Shown here: one piece after another, positions 21,229 through 34,257 of the stretch
Position numbering within the stretch: position 1 is the first letter of the stretch
How the letters are laid out: the number at the start of each line of letters is the position of its first letter
Position numbers and translations under genes: made by a program
NCBI RefSeq assembly: GCF_006345805.1
Contig: NW_021835764.1
Span: 1-38,968 of the forward strand
DNA: 38,968 bases
Reading direction: 5' to 3'
Origin: Octopus sinensis
Taxonomy: Eukaryota
Notes under the pieces: model-generated
Databases searched by the model: none
Seen by the model: only the letters and a program-made list of their open reading frames with translations
What the model was told of the DNA's origin: nothing

Positions 21229-21780
21229 TTCTCTTTCTCTCTTTCTCCCTTTCTCTCTTTCTCTCTCTGTGTTAAGATCGCAGCCCTGTGGAATTCGAGT
21301 CGGGAGATAGACTATATGTGTATACATATGAGTATATGAGTAGATACACGCACACATACATAATTCATACATACATACATATTGATAAATAGACAGATAT
21401 AGATAAATAGAAATACAGACAGACAGATAACTAGCTAGCTATGTAGATAGATAAATAGATAGGTAGATAGATAGAAGAAAATAAGAAAAACAAAACAAAT
21501 TGTTGATGTTTTTGCTATCTCATAACGTATATTTCAATAATTAACTCTCAATCAAATCTATTACAGATAATTTGATCAGACGACACGCTGAAATACTTTA
21601 ACCTGTGGCTCATTAAACGCATCAATAGGTATGAGTCTATCGGTGTATGTGTGTGTGTGCAGAGAGATAGAAACAGTGAAAAGGAGAGAGACAGTGAGAG
21701 ATAGACAGTGAGAGAGAGAAAAGAAGTTGAAAATGCAATAGGATTCATTTAAATCTTTTATTTTAAAAGTTTTAAGGCCT

Positions 21781-21910
21781 AACCGGTTTCACAGATTTAT
21801 ATGATTTTCAAAAATTGTGATAGAAAGACGTAGAGTTATGCTGCAACTGTCATAACTCCACGTCTTTTTATCTCAACTTTTGAAAAATCAGGGAAATCTA
21901 TAAACCAGTT
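21781..21910. repeat. Fold-back inverted repeat (60-bp arms, 10-nt loop)
   Basis: 21781-21840 versus the reverse complement of 21851-21910. The inner 30 bp match at 26/30, with weaker similarity further out. Confidence 0.92.
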
Positions 21911-22736
21911 AAGTCTCTATAAATTTAAAATATAAAATATAAACGAATCTCAATGCATTTTATACATTTCTACCCTCCTCTTCTCCCACTATTCTATCCT
22001 ATTACTTTGTCACTCTTTCTCTCCCTCACTCCTCCTCTCTTGCTAACGTGGCTCCCACGTGACCATCTTTCTTTCTTTCCCTCCGTTGTAGCTGGAACAA
22101 GGAAGACGTGTTCTTGTGTGTCTCCTGTCCTAGCTTGATTTATGCCTTCGCCACCACAACCACAACCTCGTTTAGGCTTAGCAGCCCTTCCTGTTTGTTT
22201 TCGCTGTCCTGTTTGTGTTACCTATTTTGACCCACCGCAAAATCCCAAATATTATTTAATTTGCTTTACGGGAGCAACTGTTTTATTGAAAGCGTATATT
22301 ATTGTTAAATGCTCGAAATACGAGACTAGAAAAACAGCCAACAACTAATGAAGATCGTTCTTTATATTGTTTGTTTCGTTTTCCATTTGTGTCTTTCATT
22401 GTTCGAAAGAATAGTTCATGTTCCATGTACTTGTGCTTATATATATATATATATATATAAATTGACATAATAAGATAAAAAAAAATCCGAGGATCTAAAG
22501 AGTTTTCAGAATATTTATAAAGAGAAAGTCCGTTTATAAATGTTCTGAAAACAATTTACAACCTTTTTATGTCATTCTGTCAATTTATATAAATGCATGT
22601 TAATACATGATCCACGTTGGACTCCTCACTCGTATCATTATCTGACCTGGAGCTTAACTATGGTCTGTCCATAGCGCTTACTTAGCGTCACCCGACACCT
22701 TTTTTGGTCTTCTTGACACCAATACTTCTCATACCC

Positions 22737-22820
<84 letters not shown>

Positions 22821-22867
22821 TGCATACATGCATATAATATCACAACACGCGCCCGCGCACACACACA

Positions 22868-22915
<48 letters not shown>

Positions 22916-23306
22916 TCAGCAGGTCCTATCGCTGACAGACTAGCATTCCATTCAGAGATTTGTTTCTTATGCACTCAACAAAACACCAGACGGAAACGTA
23001 ATACAAAGATCCGAACTATTTCAAGAATCTGCAAATGGATTAATGGATTACAGAACTAGGTAAATTTGACAATTATTTCATTTTTGTAAGATTTATTAGC
23101 CACTAATATATTAATTTACAAATTTTAGTACTGGTCTTTGCTGTTCTAAACGATTGCAATATTACGTGAAAATTTAGAAATATGTTATGAATTCAGTGTT
23201 GATCAAGTATTAGGTTTAGGACATGTGTTCGTTTTGCATAGTTTGCAGTATTATTGCTGATTTGCACCGCAGTATATGTAATATGTAGATATGATAGGCG
23301 TAGGCG

Positions 23307-23462
23307 TAGGCGTGGCTGTGTGGTAAGAAGCTTGCTACCCTACCACATGGTTCCGGATATAGTCCCGCTGCGTGGCACTTTGGGCAGTTGTCTTCTATTA
23401 TAATCTCGGACCGACCAAAGCTTTGTAAATGGATTTGGTAGTAGGAGACTGAAAGACCATCG
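23307..23462 (+). mobile_element. SINE family A 5' half, ending in a TA/TG microsatellite
   Basis: gtggctgtgtggtaagaagcttgc...gactgaaagaccatcg, preceded by (TAGGCG)x3. Confidence 0.85.
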
Positions 23463-23464
23463 TG

Positions 23465-23567
<103 letters not shown>

Positions 23568-23687
23568 TTATATGTGTGTGTGTGTGTATGTATATGTATG
23601 TATGTATATATATATATATATATCTGTGTGTGTATGTGTGTGTGTGTGTGTAAAAGGGAGCGTGGGCGAATATTCTTACCGTTTCTC

Positions 23688-24081
23688 TCATTTACTTGTT
23701 TCAGTAATTTGAATGTGGCCATGCTGGAGCACCGTCTTTAGTCGAGCAAATCGACTCCAGGACTTATTCTTTTGAAGCCTGGTACTTATTCTATCGGTCT
23801 CTTAATGCCGAACTGCTAAGTTACGGGGACGTAAACACACAAACATCGGTTGTCAAGCGATCTTGGTGGGGGGAGACAAACACAGACACACAAACATATA
23901 CACACACATACATATATACATATATATGACGGGCTTCTTTTAGTTTCCGTCTACCAAATACACTCACAAGGCTTTGGTCGACCCGAGTCTATAGTAGAAG
24001 ACACTTGCCCAAGGTGCCACGCAGTGGGAATGAACCCGGAACCATGTGGTTTGTAAGCAAGCTACTTACCTCACAGCCACT
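23688..24081 (-). mobile_element. Full-length SINE family A
   Basis: Colinear with 1098-1551. Confidence 0.9.
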
Positions 24082-24118
24082 CATATATATTTTAGATAAA
24101 TATACAGACAGATTTTGG

Positions 24119-24418
24119 AGGCATAATGGCCCAGTGGTTAGGGCAGCGGACTCGCGGTCGGAGGATCGCGGTTTCGATTCCCAAACCGGGCGTTATGCGT
24201 GTTTATTGAGCAAAAACGCCTAAAAGCTCCACGAGGCTCCGGCAGGGGGTGATGGTGACCCCTGTTGTACTCTTTCGCAACAACTTTCTCTCACTCTCTC
24301 TTCCTGCTTCTTGAGTAACGCTGTGATGGACTGGCATCCCGTTCAGCTGTGGAGGAACACATACGCCATAGAAACCGGGAAACCGAGCCCATGAGCTTGG
24401 CTAGGCTTGAAAAGGGCG
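24119..24418 (+). mobile_element. tRNA-derived SINE with a V-SINE-like central motif
   Basis: A-box TGGCCCAGTGG and B-box-like GGTTTCGATTCC. The motif GTGATGGACTGGCATCCCGTTCAG resembles the V-SINE domain (recognition from memory, not an alignment). Confidence 0.7.
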
Positions 24419-25055
24419 ACGTTTATCGTACGTTATACAGATAGATGTCATAAATGAACAAGAGGTTAAATTAGAATGAAAGCTGCAGATAATATACATG
24501 CATATATGTTTTCATAAATGGAAGTGAGGATAGGGTTACAATAACCGTAGCCTATGATGTGGTTTATATGTTTACTATTTAATATGAAAGATATAGTATT
24601 TGGTAGAAACTATTATATGATGGAAAAAAAGCAGACGCCAATGAAAGACTGTTCACAATTGAACAATTTCGATAATGTTTTTGCAGGTGCAATATAAAAT
24701 AGCATCCGCATCGAAAATAATGTACATTTCTCAGGAAAAATCAATGTTTCTTTGGTTTTGTTTTGATTTGTTTTGTTTTTTTTTTTGTTTTTTTTTTACT
24801 CATTCACTCACTCTTTCTCTAACTCTCTCTCTCTCTCAGTCTCTCTCCCTCTCTCTCCCTCTCTCTCGTTCGCTGTGCCTAGCTATCTAACTGATTATGC
24901 GGGTGTGCATATAGACGTATACATTCGCATATTCACATACGAGTTTGTGGATGTCTTTATATCTGTGCTCGTGTATGGCTCGTGTAAATATTATACATAA
25001 TGAATTCTTTTTCCACGGCTCCAACTTCACGTTTCATACTTTTTAACTTGTAAAT

Positions 25056-25056
<1 letters not shown>

Positions 25057-25129
<73 letters not shown>

Positions 25130-25190
25130 TACAGATAGATAGATAGATAGACAAGTAGATAGATAGATAGATAGACAGATAGATAGCTAG

Positions 25191-25274
<84 letters not shown>
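25057..25274. repeat. (ATAG)n microsatellite
   Basis: Read directly. Confidence 0.97.
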
Positions 25275-25275
<1 letters not shown>

Positions 25276-25283
25276 TATGGATA

Positions 25284-25987
25284 CGAGCAAAACGCCCCAC
25301 GTTCAATGGACGGTGCTGATTTGTCAAACATTTAAACCAAATTTTCTCAAAACAACTTTTCCGACCGTCCCATAGGCCTCCCCTTTGAGAAACACTGATT
25401 TAACCTAAATTTGAGACACCAGCAAAAGAAGAAATAAAGATAGGCTTTTTTCTATTCCGAAGAAAAACGATTTTATTCACACAAATATGCAACCGAAGAG
25501 TTTAAAATACCAGTAATGACAAGGCTGTTGACTGGGAGAACACAAACACGGTTTAAACAGTAAGATTGGCAAGAAAGAAACGTGCCTTTAAGCAGTACAA
25601 AAAGAACAAAAAATGGAAGGTGCAGTTATGTACAGGTTGACGGAAGAAAAACAGGACAAAAACGATGCATGCAAATGGGTTAGCTGGAGGTAAATCTAGA
25701 TGGAAAAGTATGATGATTTTTTTACGCAAACTGCACGTGCATATTTCTCGCGTACGCGTAGTATCGATCTCAACAGCTGATATACTTGTGCGTACAAATG
25801 CACATTCCCACGGTTTTATCGATCGCATTCTCACCTGGAATCGATTTTTGTAATTTTTTCAAGACTTATACACGCCCTGACACCGTCGGTATCTACATAT
25901 CAAATTTGAGCGCAATCGGATGGAGGATGCCCGAGATCCTAGAAGACACACACAAACAGACAGACAGAACGCATTTTATATAATAGA
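25284..25987 (-). mobile_element. Non-autonomous Helitron-like element, long copy (704 bp)
   Basis: Minus strand A|TCTATTATATAAAATGCGTTCTGTCTG... ends in hairpin CCGTCCATTG(A)ACG..GG, then GTTTTGCTCG|T. It has an AT target, no TIR or TSD, and is homologous to 35275-35632. Confidence 0.75.
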
Positions 25988-25992
25988 TGTGT

Positions 25993-26023
<31 letters not shown>

Positions 26024-26067
26024 GTGTGTTGTGTGTGTGTGTGTATGTGTGTGTGTGTGTGTGTGTG

Positions 26068-26100
26068 AAGGCGCATGGTTCAGTGGTTAGAACGTCGACC
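26068..26100 (+). mobile_element. Isolated tRNA-like SINE head fragment (family D-like)
   Basis: aaggcgcatggttcagtggttagaacgtcgac versus 27455 gcgcatgagtcagtggttaaagtgtcgag. Confidence 0.6.
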
Positions 26101-26311
26101 TCTTCATCATTTTCTTCTCTCTCGTCTTTGTCTTATTTGTATAATATTTTATTCCTCGCTAAAGCCACAAAAGGGTTCTACCGTTGTGAAATCTGGATTG
26201 TCTACACACTGCAGAATTTCGATATCAGTCAGGAATCCGACAGTGCAGCTAACCTAAACCTCGGGTTGAGTGCTGCATCGGAAATACCCCATCTTTTTAC
26301 CCTCCTAAGAC

Positions 26312-26373
<62 letters not shown>

Positions 26374-26883
26374 TGTGTGTGTGGTGTGTGTGTATGTGTG
26401 TGTGTGTGTGTGTATGTGTGTGTTGTGTGCATTTATATATGTATGCGTATTCTATATATATGGCTCTATGTACGTGCACATCTTTGTGCGTATATTTATG
26501 AATAGAAATATTTTTATCATTTGTATATTAAGTATCAAATAAATTTATCTCCTATTTCCTCGAGTGGCTTTTCTATATTATGAATTAGAAAGTTGAACCG
26601 TAAAATATGATTGAAGTTTAAGATAACAGGAAGGAATCGTTTTCTATTATCATTTCCTTTTCAGAAGAAATGCTTTCCTTTGAAACATTTAAATGACATT
26701 TGAGTGTACTTTTGAAAGAAAAGTTGAGGAAACGTCACTTTTTACATTAGTGTCTTGTTATGGAGACATAAGGAATATCGGTATGTAATAAAATAAACGT
26801 CAAAAGTATATGCGATGTTTACGTAATCTTTGTTTTGAATTGTCTTGTAGGATATGAGATTCCTAGTTAGTCACTCCAAAACC

Positions 26884-27294
26884 GGATCTTTTTGGTTTGA
26901 ACGGCAGTTTTTAAAAATAATTTCCACGTAACTAAACACTTTTAAACTTCGTATACTGGTAGAATGTGTTTATAAAATATCTTTTTCTCTATAGAAAATT
27001 CTATAGTTTGTAAGATATTTGTTGTTTTTTTCTTCAATTTCTGCAATTTTAACCAATCAGTGACGTCTATTGAGGTAAAAAAAAAACATTCTGTGCCGTA
27101 TGAATATGTCCCTCGTTTAAGAAACGGATTGGGTTTATTTACATTTGTGAAGAAAAAAATATACCCTTCCCCCTACCCCTAACCCTAACCCTAAAACAGA
27201 TTGAAATGCAATAGATCGATAATAGGGTCATAATTATGGGTGACAATTTCATATGACACCGCTAGAAAAACTGCCGTTCAAACCGAAAAGATCC
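26884..27294. mobile_element. MITE, 411 bp, 29-bp TIRs starting GG, 8-bp TSD (Merlin-like termini)
   Basis: TIRs 26884-26912 and 27266-27294 differ at one CpG-type site. Flanks are CCAAAACC (26876-83) and CTAAAACC (27295-302). Confidence 0.88.
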
Positions 27295-27454
27295 CTAAAA
27301 CCTTGTGAAATATTTAAAAAGCTTCTTAGTGTTCGACCATACTTTACCCATTCAATTTATCTAAATTTAAAGATTGAGTTTCTAAATTTCAGTTCATTCA
27401 TTTTTTTAAAAATGGACCTCAGCTAATTAGTTAATGTTAGTGTTGCCATGTGAA

Positions 27455-27772
27455 AGCGCATGAGTCAGTGGTTAAAGTGTCGAGCCTACGATCGTGAGGT
27501 TGTGATTTCGAATCCTGGACCGGGCTGTTGTGTTCTTGAGCAAGACACTTTATTTCACGTTGCTCCAGCTCACTCGGCTGTGAAAATTAGTTACGATGTC
27601 AAGCTGTATCTGCTGTTGCCTTTCCCTTGGATAACACTGGGGGCGTGGAGAGAGAAGGCCGGTATGCATGGGCGACTGCTGGTCTTCCATAAACAACCTT
27701 GCCCGGACTTGTGCCTGGGAGGGTAACTTTCTAGGTGCAATCCCATGGTCAGTCATGACCGAAGGGAGTCTC
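27455..27772 (+). mobile_element. tRNA-derived SINE, family D
   Basis: A-box-like TGAGTCAGTGG and B-box TTCGAATCC, followed by a CORE-like ttgagcaagacacttt...ccagctcactcggctg segment and a unique tail. Confidence 0.75.
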
Positions 27773-28132
27773 AAATGTTGCCATTACTACTGCAATAACA
27801 ACAAATCTGATAAGAAATACATACGTGGAAAGGGGGAAAACAGCTTTAGCTTAAATGACTAATATTGTTTTAATCATTTCATCAAATAGGAGAGAAAACT
27901 CCGATTACGTTTTGGTCATATTAAACCTCCCCAGCTAAGTATAAACTTCACCATACTCACTAAAGTAGTTATGTGCGAATCACTAACCAGATCCACCTTC
28001 CTTGTTGTACTCTCGCAATAGAGTAAGTTCTAGTCGACAAAATGCTCTACTGTTTGTCTTGAATTCTCATCACAAAAAAAAAAATGAAAAGATGTTCTCT
28101 AAATTATATGGAAATATTATTTCATATGTTCT

Positions 28133-28472
28133 TTAAGGTGGCCAACCGGCAGAATCGTTACCACGCTGGACGAATGCTTACGTTATATGAGTTCAAATTC
28201 CGGAATGCTTACGTTATGAGTTCAAATTCCGCCGAAGTCAATTTTGCCTTTCATTTTTCGGGGTCGATAAATTAAGTACCAGTAAATAGACTGTGAAAAG
28301 ATGGACAAAGCAAATCTATTGTCAATACCAAAGTAGATAGTTAGGGGGATGAAGAAACAGTAGAACAAGAACAACAAAAACAACAAATCGAAGAAGAAGA
28401 ACCTCTTTATCATTATATAATCAACCAGTCTTATACCTCCAAGTTTCAGGTCTTAAGCCTTTAGTAGAAAAG
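28133..28472 (+). mobile_element. Rearranged SINE B with 17-bp TSD
   Basis: TSD ATTATTTCATATGTTCT at 28116-28132 and 28473-28489. It has an internal ~30-bp tandem duplication and an ~125-bp inserted segment. Confidence 0.85.
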
Positions 28473-28894
28473 ATTATTTCATATGTTCTCTCGCTCATAA
28501 GAAAAAGACCGTTCATAAAATTAATAAAGAAAAATATTATAAACCTTGAATGGTTCTCTCCCGCTAAAGAGAAACTTCACCCTCCTTTCTATTCCTTAGT
28601 AAACTCTCTTTCTCTTTCTCTCTTCCAAAGAAACTGTAGATGGAAGCACCAAAAGTCGTCCGTCAAATTCCCCACGTCTGTATTTTTTTTCTCAATTCGC
28701 GGCTCAAATAATGATATCGAGGCCACTTTTAAGCTCTAACTTACAGCCTGTTGGAAATAAGTACGAAGTTTCTATAATGAGAGATCGTCTGCATCAACAA
28801 GAAACTTGATCCAGACTTTGTTATCATGTCTATTGAAAAATAAATCAATTTAACAAAATCGATGACAAGACACGCTTTTAGTTGCAGCTGATAT

Positions 28895-29105
28895 TGTTGT
28901 TGTTATTGCTGTTGCTATTTAGACTAGACAATTAATCATAAGCCTTACCAAGAACGACCAATAATCAAAAGACATTTCAACAATAACCATCCCGTCTTTT
29001 GTTCAAACATTGTATGTCTAGAACCATATTGTCTAATGCATATCGACTGATCTGAAACAGCAAAATGTAATTTGAAGGAGATTCAGATTCTATTGCTACC
29101 AGGTT
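28895..29105 (+). repeat. Family C repeat
   Basis: Starts in a (TTG)-rich tract. aaccatcccgtcttt and the downstream blocks match 130-250 and the reverse complement of 1700-1878. Confidence 0.5.
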
Positions 29106-29679
29106 CACTAACTTCCATTTCGTTTAGTAATGATTCTTTTTAAGTAGACTATACAATGTAATTGGTAATACATCTAAAACGGAAAAGACGACATCGATGG
29201 TAACCTTATCTCTTTCTCGTCCGTCAGATCATAGATATTTTTCAAACGGAATAATAAATGATAAAACAAATTAACATGGGTAGAAATATCTCATGTGATA
29301 AATGTAAAATAATTAGAAAAAGGTTACAGACAAGACAGAAAGCAATTATGCGTTCATGTAAAGTAAATGTCCATTATATAAATTACACAGAGAAATATTT
29401 GTATGGTTTAGCGTGTATGCGTATTTATGTATGCATATATCTCTGTGTGAGAGGGAGTATGCATGCATGTATGTTTGCATGGTTATGTCTGTATGTATAA
29501 AAGTGAACGCACGTATATGATTATAGATATGATATTGGATATATAATATATATGTATATATACATATATACACACATTTATTGATTATTCCTATGTATTT
29601 GTAAATGCGTATATAATATATATATATATATATATATAATATGTACAATATATATTTATATATATATATATGGATGGAT

Positions 29680-29731
<52 letters not shown>

Positions 29732-29793
29732 TATATATAATATATATATATGCATATAAATTAATCAAAATAAAAACATGATGCCAAGGAATT

Positions 29794-29826
<33 letters not shown>

Positions 29827-31534
29827 CATATACATATATATAGATATAGATATAGATATAGATACATATACATGCATTAATTGCATAGCCAAGAGAGTGA
29901 CAGAAAGCGAGAGAGAGAGAGGGGGAGACAGACAGACAGACAGACAGAAAACTAACCTTACAAATATATTTATTCTAACTTTTAGGGAAATGTTTCTTTT
30001 GTGCAAAGCGATAAGCATAAAGCTCAATAAGAGGCTCAATAACAGTTACCAAAATCCTACAAAATTTGAAGCAACATGGAACTGAATAAAGCACACACAA
30101 TTTTGAAACGCCACCTTCAAGGGTTCTAATTAATCATAACGACCCCATCACTTCATCTTGTGCATAATTTATAAATATATTTTAATCGAATGTCTGATTT
30201 GCTATTTTGGCTCAGCGAGACGTGACTCAATATCTAGATTCACACCAGTATTATTACATTACACATACACATATAGCAATAGTGGTGAGTATGAAAGTGT
30301 TTGACTGAATATTTGTAGTCTTCACCGTGTAGACTTATGATTGAAAGTTTTCCAGTCATAACCAACATGTCTCTTCTAGGTCATAGTCTGAGTATGACTA
30401 CACTGTTTGATGTGTCTTTCCTTCTTGGGGGAAGTAATACATAATTTGAAGGAAGTTTTGCTACGATTTCTACCATTTTGAGCCACTGCGTAGATGTTCT
30501 GTTCGTTGATTTCCGATGTTCTATTTTGATAAAATTGTTGTGTATGTGTTCATATCTGTATTTTTGTTTTGAATTGGCGTGATCCTGTGTATATATGTAA
30601 TTATGGATGGATACTGGGATTACCATAATCGATAGAAGCGGATAATCACTTCTGAAGATTTTAATCTTCATGCAATGTATCTAGGCATGTCAACAAATGT
30701 AAACGCAAATTTTTACAAGTTAATCCCATAAGGGGATTTGATCTTAAATCTCTGTGTTGCAAACGAACGAAATACTCGTCAACTATTTAGTCCTTCAAGA
30801 AAGATGAAATGCAGAAGAATTAAAGCACAACAGTATTTAATTTTTATCCCTATAATTTTTAAGTGATCGATTAGTAGAATTGCTAGGGAGCCTTGCGCTA
30901 ACCTTCATAGTTAAATGGATTCTGGTTTCAAATCTTGCCGAAGTTAATTTTGCCTTTTTGTTTCTAGGTCGAGTACTTGAGTTGAATGTTCTCTCAGAGC
31001 CTGCACTATGATAGGGTGGTCGGACGGAGTCACATGCAGTGCCGTCTTCTTCCAGTAAATACAAGAGATTTGTGGCAGGAGATTACAATCTTTTCTTATT
31101 TAGTATGTTACAAAAACTATCCTAAGAAAGTGTAGAGCATGATGGAAGTGGATGGACAGATGTGTTGTACGGAACAGTTTCTTATTTAATGGAATCAAAT
31201 TTGCACTTTACCCAGCAATGACGATACACAAAACATCAATAGTGTACTGAGGTGTAGCACATCACTTTACCTTTGCTTAAACATATGTCAAAATAAACTA
31301 TTATTGTATATAAAAGGAAGAAGAATGTAGAGAATACATCTGTATTGTTTAATCTCGTTCCTGGCCAAGTATAACAACACTATGATTTTTTAAATTCTAC
31401 CTTTACTAACTGGTCTTGTTTATTATTTAGGAAAGGGCCATGTTATCTGATGTACCCTTAATTTTTTTTTATAATATCAAGGTGTCATTTGAAGAAATGT
31501 TTGTCTTTACTTCTATTAGTGTCTGGTTATTATT

Positions 31535-31670
31535 ACTGTTGTTCTTGAGCCTGGAATCAGTTCGGATCAAGGAAACGCAATGATTAAATGCATTCTTATC
31601 TTGACCAAACTAACCGTTTTGTGTGATACCGTGTATGCGAAACTACATTGTCCAACGCATCTTTCATCTT
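31535..31670 (+). repeat. Family C repeat, degenerate
   Basis: tgttgttcttgagcctgg...aatgattaaatgcattc...actacattgtccaacgcatc is similar to the other family C copies. Confidence 0.4.
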
Positions 31671-31789
31671 CTAACTGGATTGAGTATTACTTAAAAGATA
31701 ATTAACTATTATTTCTAATAAGCTGACCAACTGTATACAGACTAATTCGTTGTCCTCAAGAATAAAATAGATCTCTTGATTCCTTAGAG

Positions 31790-32230
31790 TATTGAAGATA
31801 AGAGGAAAGACAAAATCGTATAAAATCATATTGATAAATGGAAATAACTATGGTCTTTCAATAGAAACAAGCCAAGCCAACGCGGAGATTCATATGATCG
31901 CTGAACATACTAAGAGTAGCAGCCAAATTTCTCTTAAACTATTGTCCAACCGGTTAAAAATTGGAAAACAACTGAATACCGTTAATTCTAGATATACAAT
32001 GTCTAAAAAGAAAATACGGAATAGCCGCGACAGGAACATCTTCAATCAGGTCTGATCTTGTCTGGAACAACAAAACTTTTGCGTAGTTGCTCGACTTGTT
32101 AGCAATGATCGCCAAATCTCCTTCAGCTCGTTACTAACCATCTTCAAGAAGGAAGGAGACATTGGATCGTGACACTATCTTAGTCATGTCTGGAACGTTT
32201 ACGGTCAAAAGTCTGTTAAGAAACGAACGA
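31790..32230 (+). pseudogene. Possible heavily decayed Tc1-like transposase N-terminus
   Basis: Fragments in different frames (ATGTSSIRS; VVARLVSNDRQISF...GQKSVKKR) resemble the Tc1 HTH-linker region. No TIRs or catalytic motifs were found. Confidence 0.3.
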
Positions 32231-33011
32231 ATCACTGAAGACGACAATAAGAAAAAAAAATAGGTCGTCCATATTAGGAGCAACAGAAACAGAAAATATT
32301 TCTTTAGAGCATTATTTTTGCAATCATTTTTATATTTTTACGTCAATAACGTAGTTTTCTTTCATTGATTTTCTTCTTTTTATTTATTTTGGTTTTTCAT
32401 TTTACTAAGATGATTATTTCGTCAATAGCAGAATTCTCACTATTCAGTGAAGTGGATTAGTGAATAAGTTCCATGTGCCTTGTTTTTCTAATTTCCAGTG
32501 ATGGAACATTACAAAAATCGAAAAAAAAAAAGCCTTAAACATTAATCCTATAATATTTTAATTCTTACAAACCCTTTAGAAAATTTTTTTGCTATTATTT
32601 TTGTTAATTATTCATTTGTTTCATTTAATGGATTTTTTAAACTCTTGTATTTATTTTTTAAGAGTTAATTTTAAATTTACATTAAAATTGGATGCTAAAA
32701 TATGCGGAAGGGATTTAAAAAAAAAATAAACGTTCTTGTACAGAAATAGAACGACCAAAACAGCGGGTAACCGCAATTTTATTTTCAAAGTAAGATCGAG
32801 TAAACACGAATTTCATGTGGATGTGTAGAGGGTTGGTGAAGGGAAATGGGTAATTACCCAGTAAAACTGGAATTGCGTGCAACGAAAGAAAGGTGCAACA
32901 TCCCTGTTTCTGAAAACATAAAGACAGACACCTGCCGTTCAACCGTTCACACATATACACACACACAGCACCCCCACCCCACCACCATATATATATATAT
33001 ACATATATATA

Positions 33012-33068
<57 letters not shown>

Positions 33069-33074
33069 GTTTGA

Positions 33075-33105
<31 letters not shown>

Positions 33106-33261
33106 TATATGTATGTATGTTAAATGTATAATGTGTGTGTGTGTGTGTATGTTGGGTGTGTTGTATTCATAATCCATATATGTGTGTATCCATGTTTATA
33201 TATATATATATACTATATATATATTATATAATTACACATATAGATTCATATGTAATGTATG

Positions 33262-33292
<31 letters not shown>

Positions 33293-33568
33293 GTATGTAT
33301 GTATGTATGTATGTATAAGTAGCACAGATTACTTCTATGAAAAAGCTTGGTTTTATTGCTTTTACAACTCTCCTGCTGGTCTGTAAATACCCAATGTGAA
33401 TTACATTTATTTAAATTTTGCAGTAAGACAAGACTGCCGTGGCTTTCCTATATAGTTTGTCCTAGATTTAGTAGTTTTGATTTTTTTTAATAATTATCAA
33501 TGTAGTCAATATTATAATTTTTTAAAATCAAAGATAATCAAATATGCTGCACTCATTATGTTGTGTGT

Positions 33569-33635
<67 letters not shown>

Positions 33636-34209
33636 TGTGTGTGTGTTCGGCTTCGTGCTTTCGTATATGGTTATCGTTTTAATCAGCAGGTTTCTAAATG
33701 TTTTGTTGTATTAAGACGCTGTCGATAGTTTCCTTTATCTGATTTGTCAATTCGTTGGTTATTGTTTTCATTGGTTGGCTTCGCTAGTATTTCAGTATGG
33801 TCATTTGTTTTTAATCTATGCCTCTTGACCATTGTCTATCATCGCTTTTCATTGGCCAGTTCTATGATATTTTCACAGTAGTACAAGATGAACAGAACGA
33901 CAAAACCCACATGGTAACAGTATGTGAGACACCCGAAGTATATTCACACAATGTATAAATTCGTTCAGCGATATTAGAGATCGAACGAAACGTCTTTATT
34001 GAAGATCAAAGCTCATTCGAAACTCGAGGGAGGATAAATGATATGAATGAAGATCAAAAGACAATCTGGATCAAAGAAGTCAATTAATGCAAAGAGAACG
34101 ACCCAGGAAGTAGCAAATGAAACGATGACAACCATAAACAATATTTAATATCCCATCTAATCTTATGTGTGTGTATGTATGTAGTATGTATGTATATATA
34201 TATATATAT

Positions 34210-34242
<33 letters not shown>

Positions 34243-34257
34243 GTATATATATATATA

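Noticed and set aside
24119-24195. tRNA genes at SINE heads (also 27455, 23307, 11105)
   Set aside because: A- and B-box-like motifs are present, but there is no complete cloverleaf and each continues into a SINE body.
27170-27195. Interstitial telomere
   Set aside because: Only about three CCCTAA units, and they are internal to a MITE.
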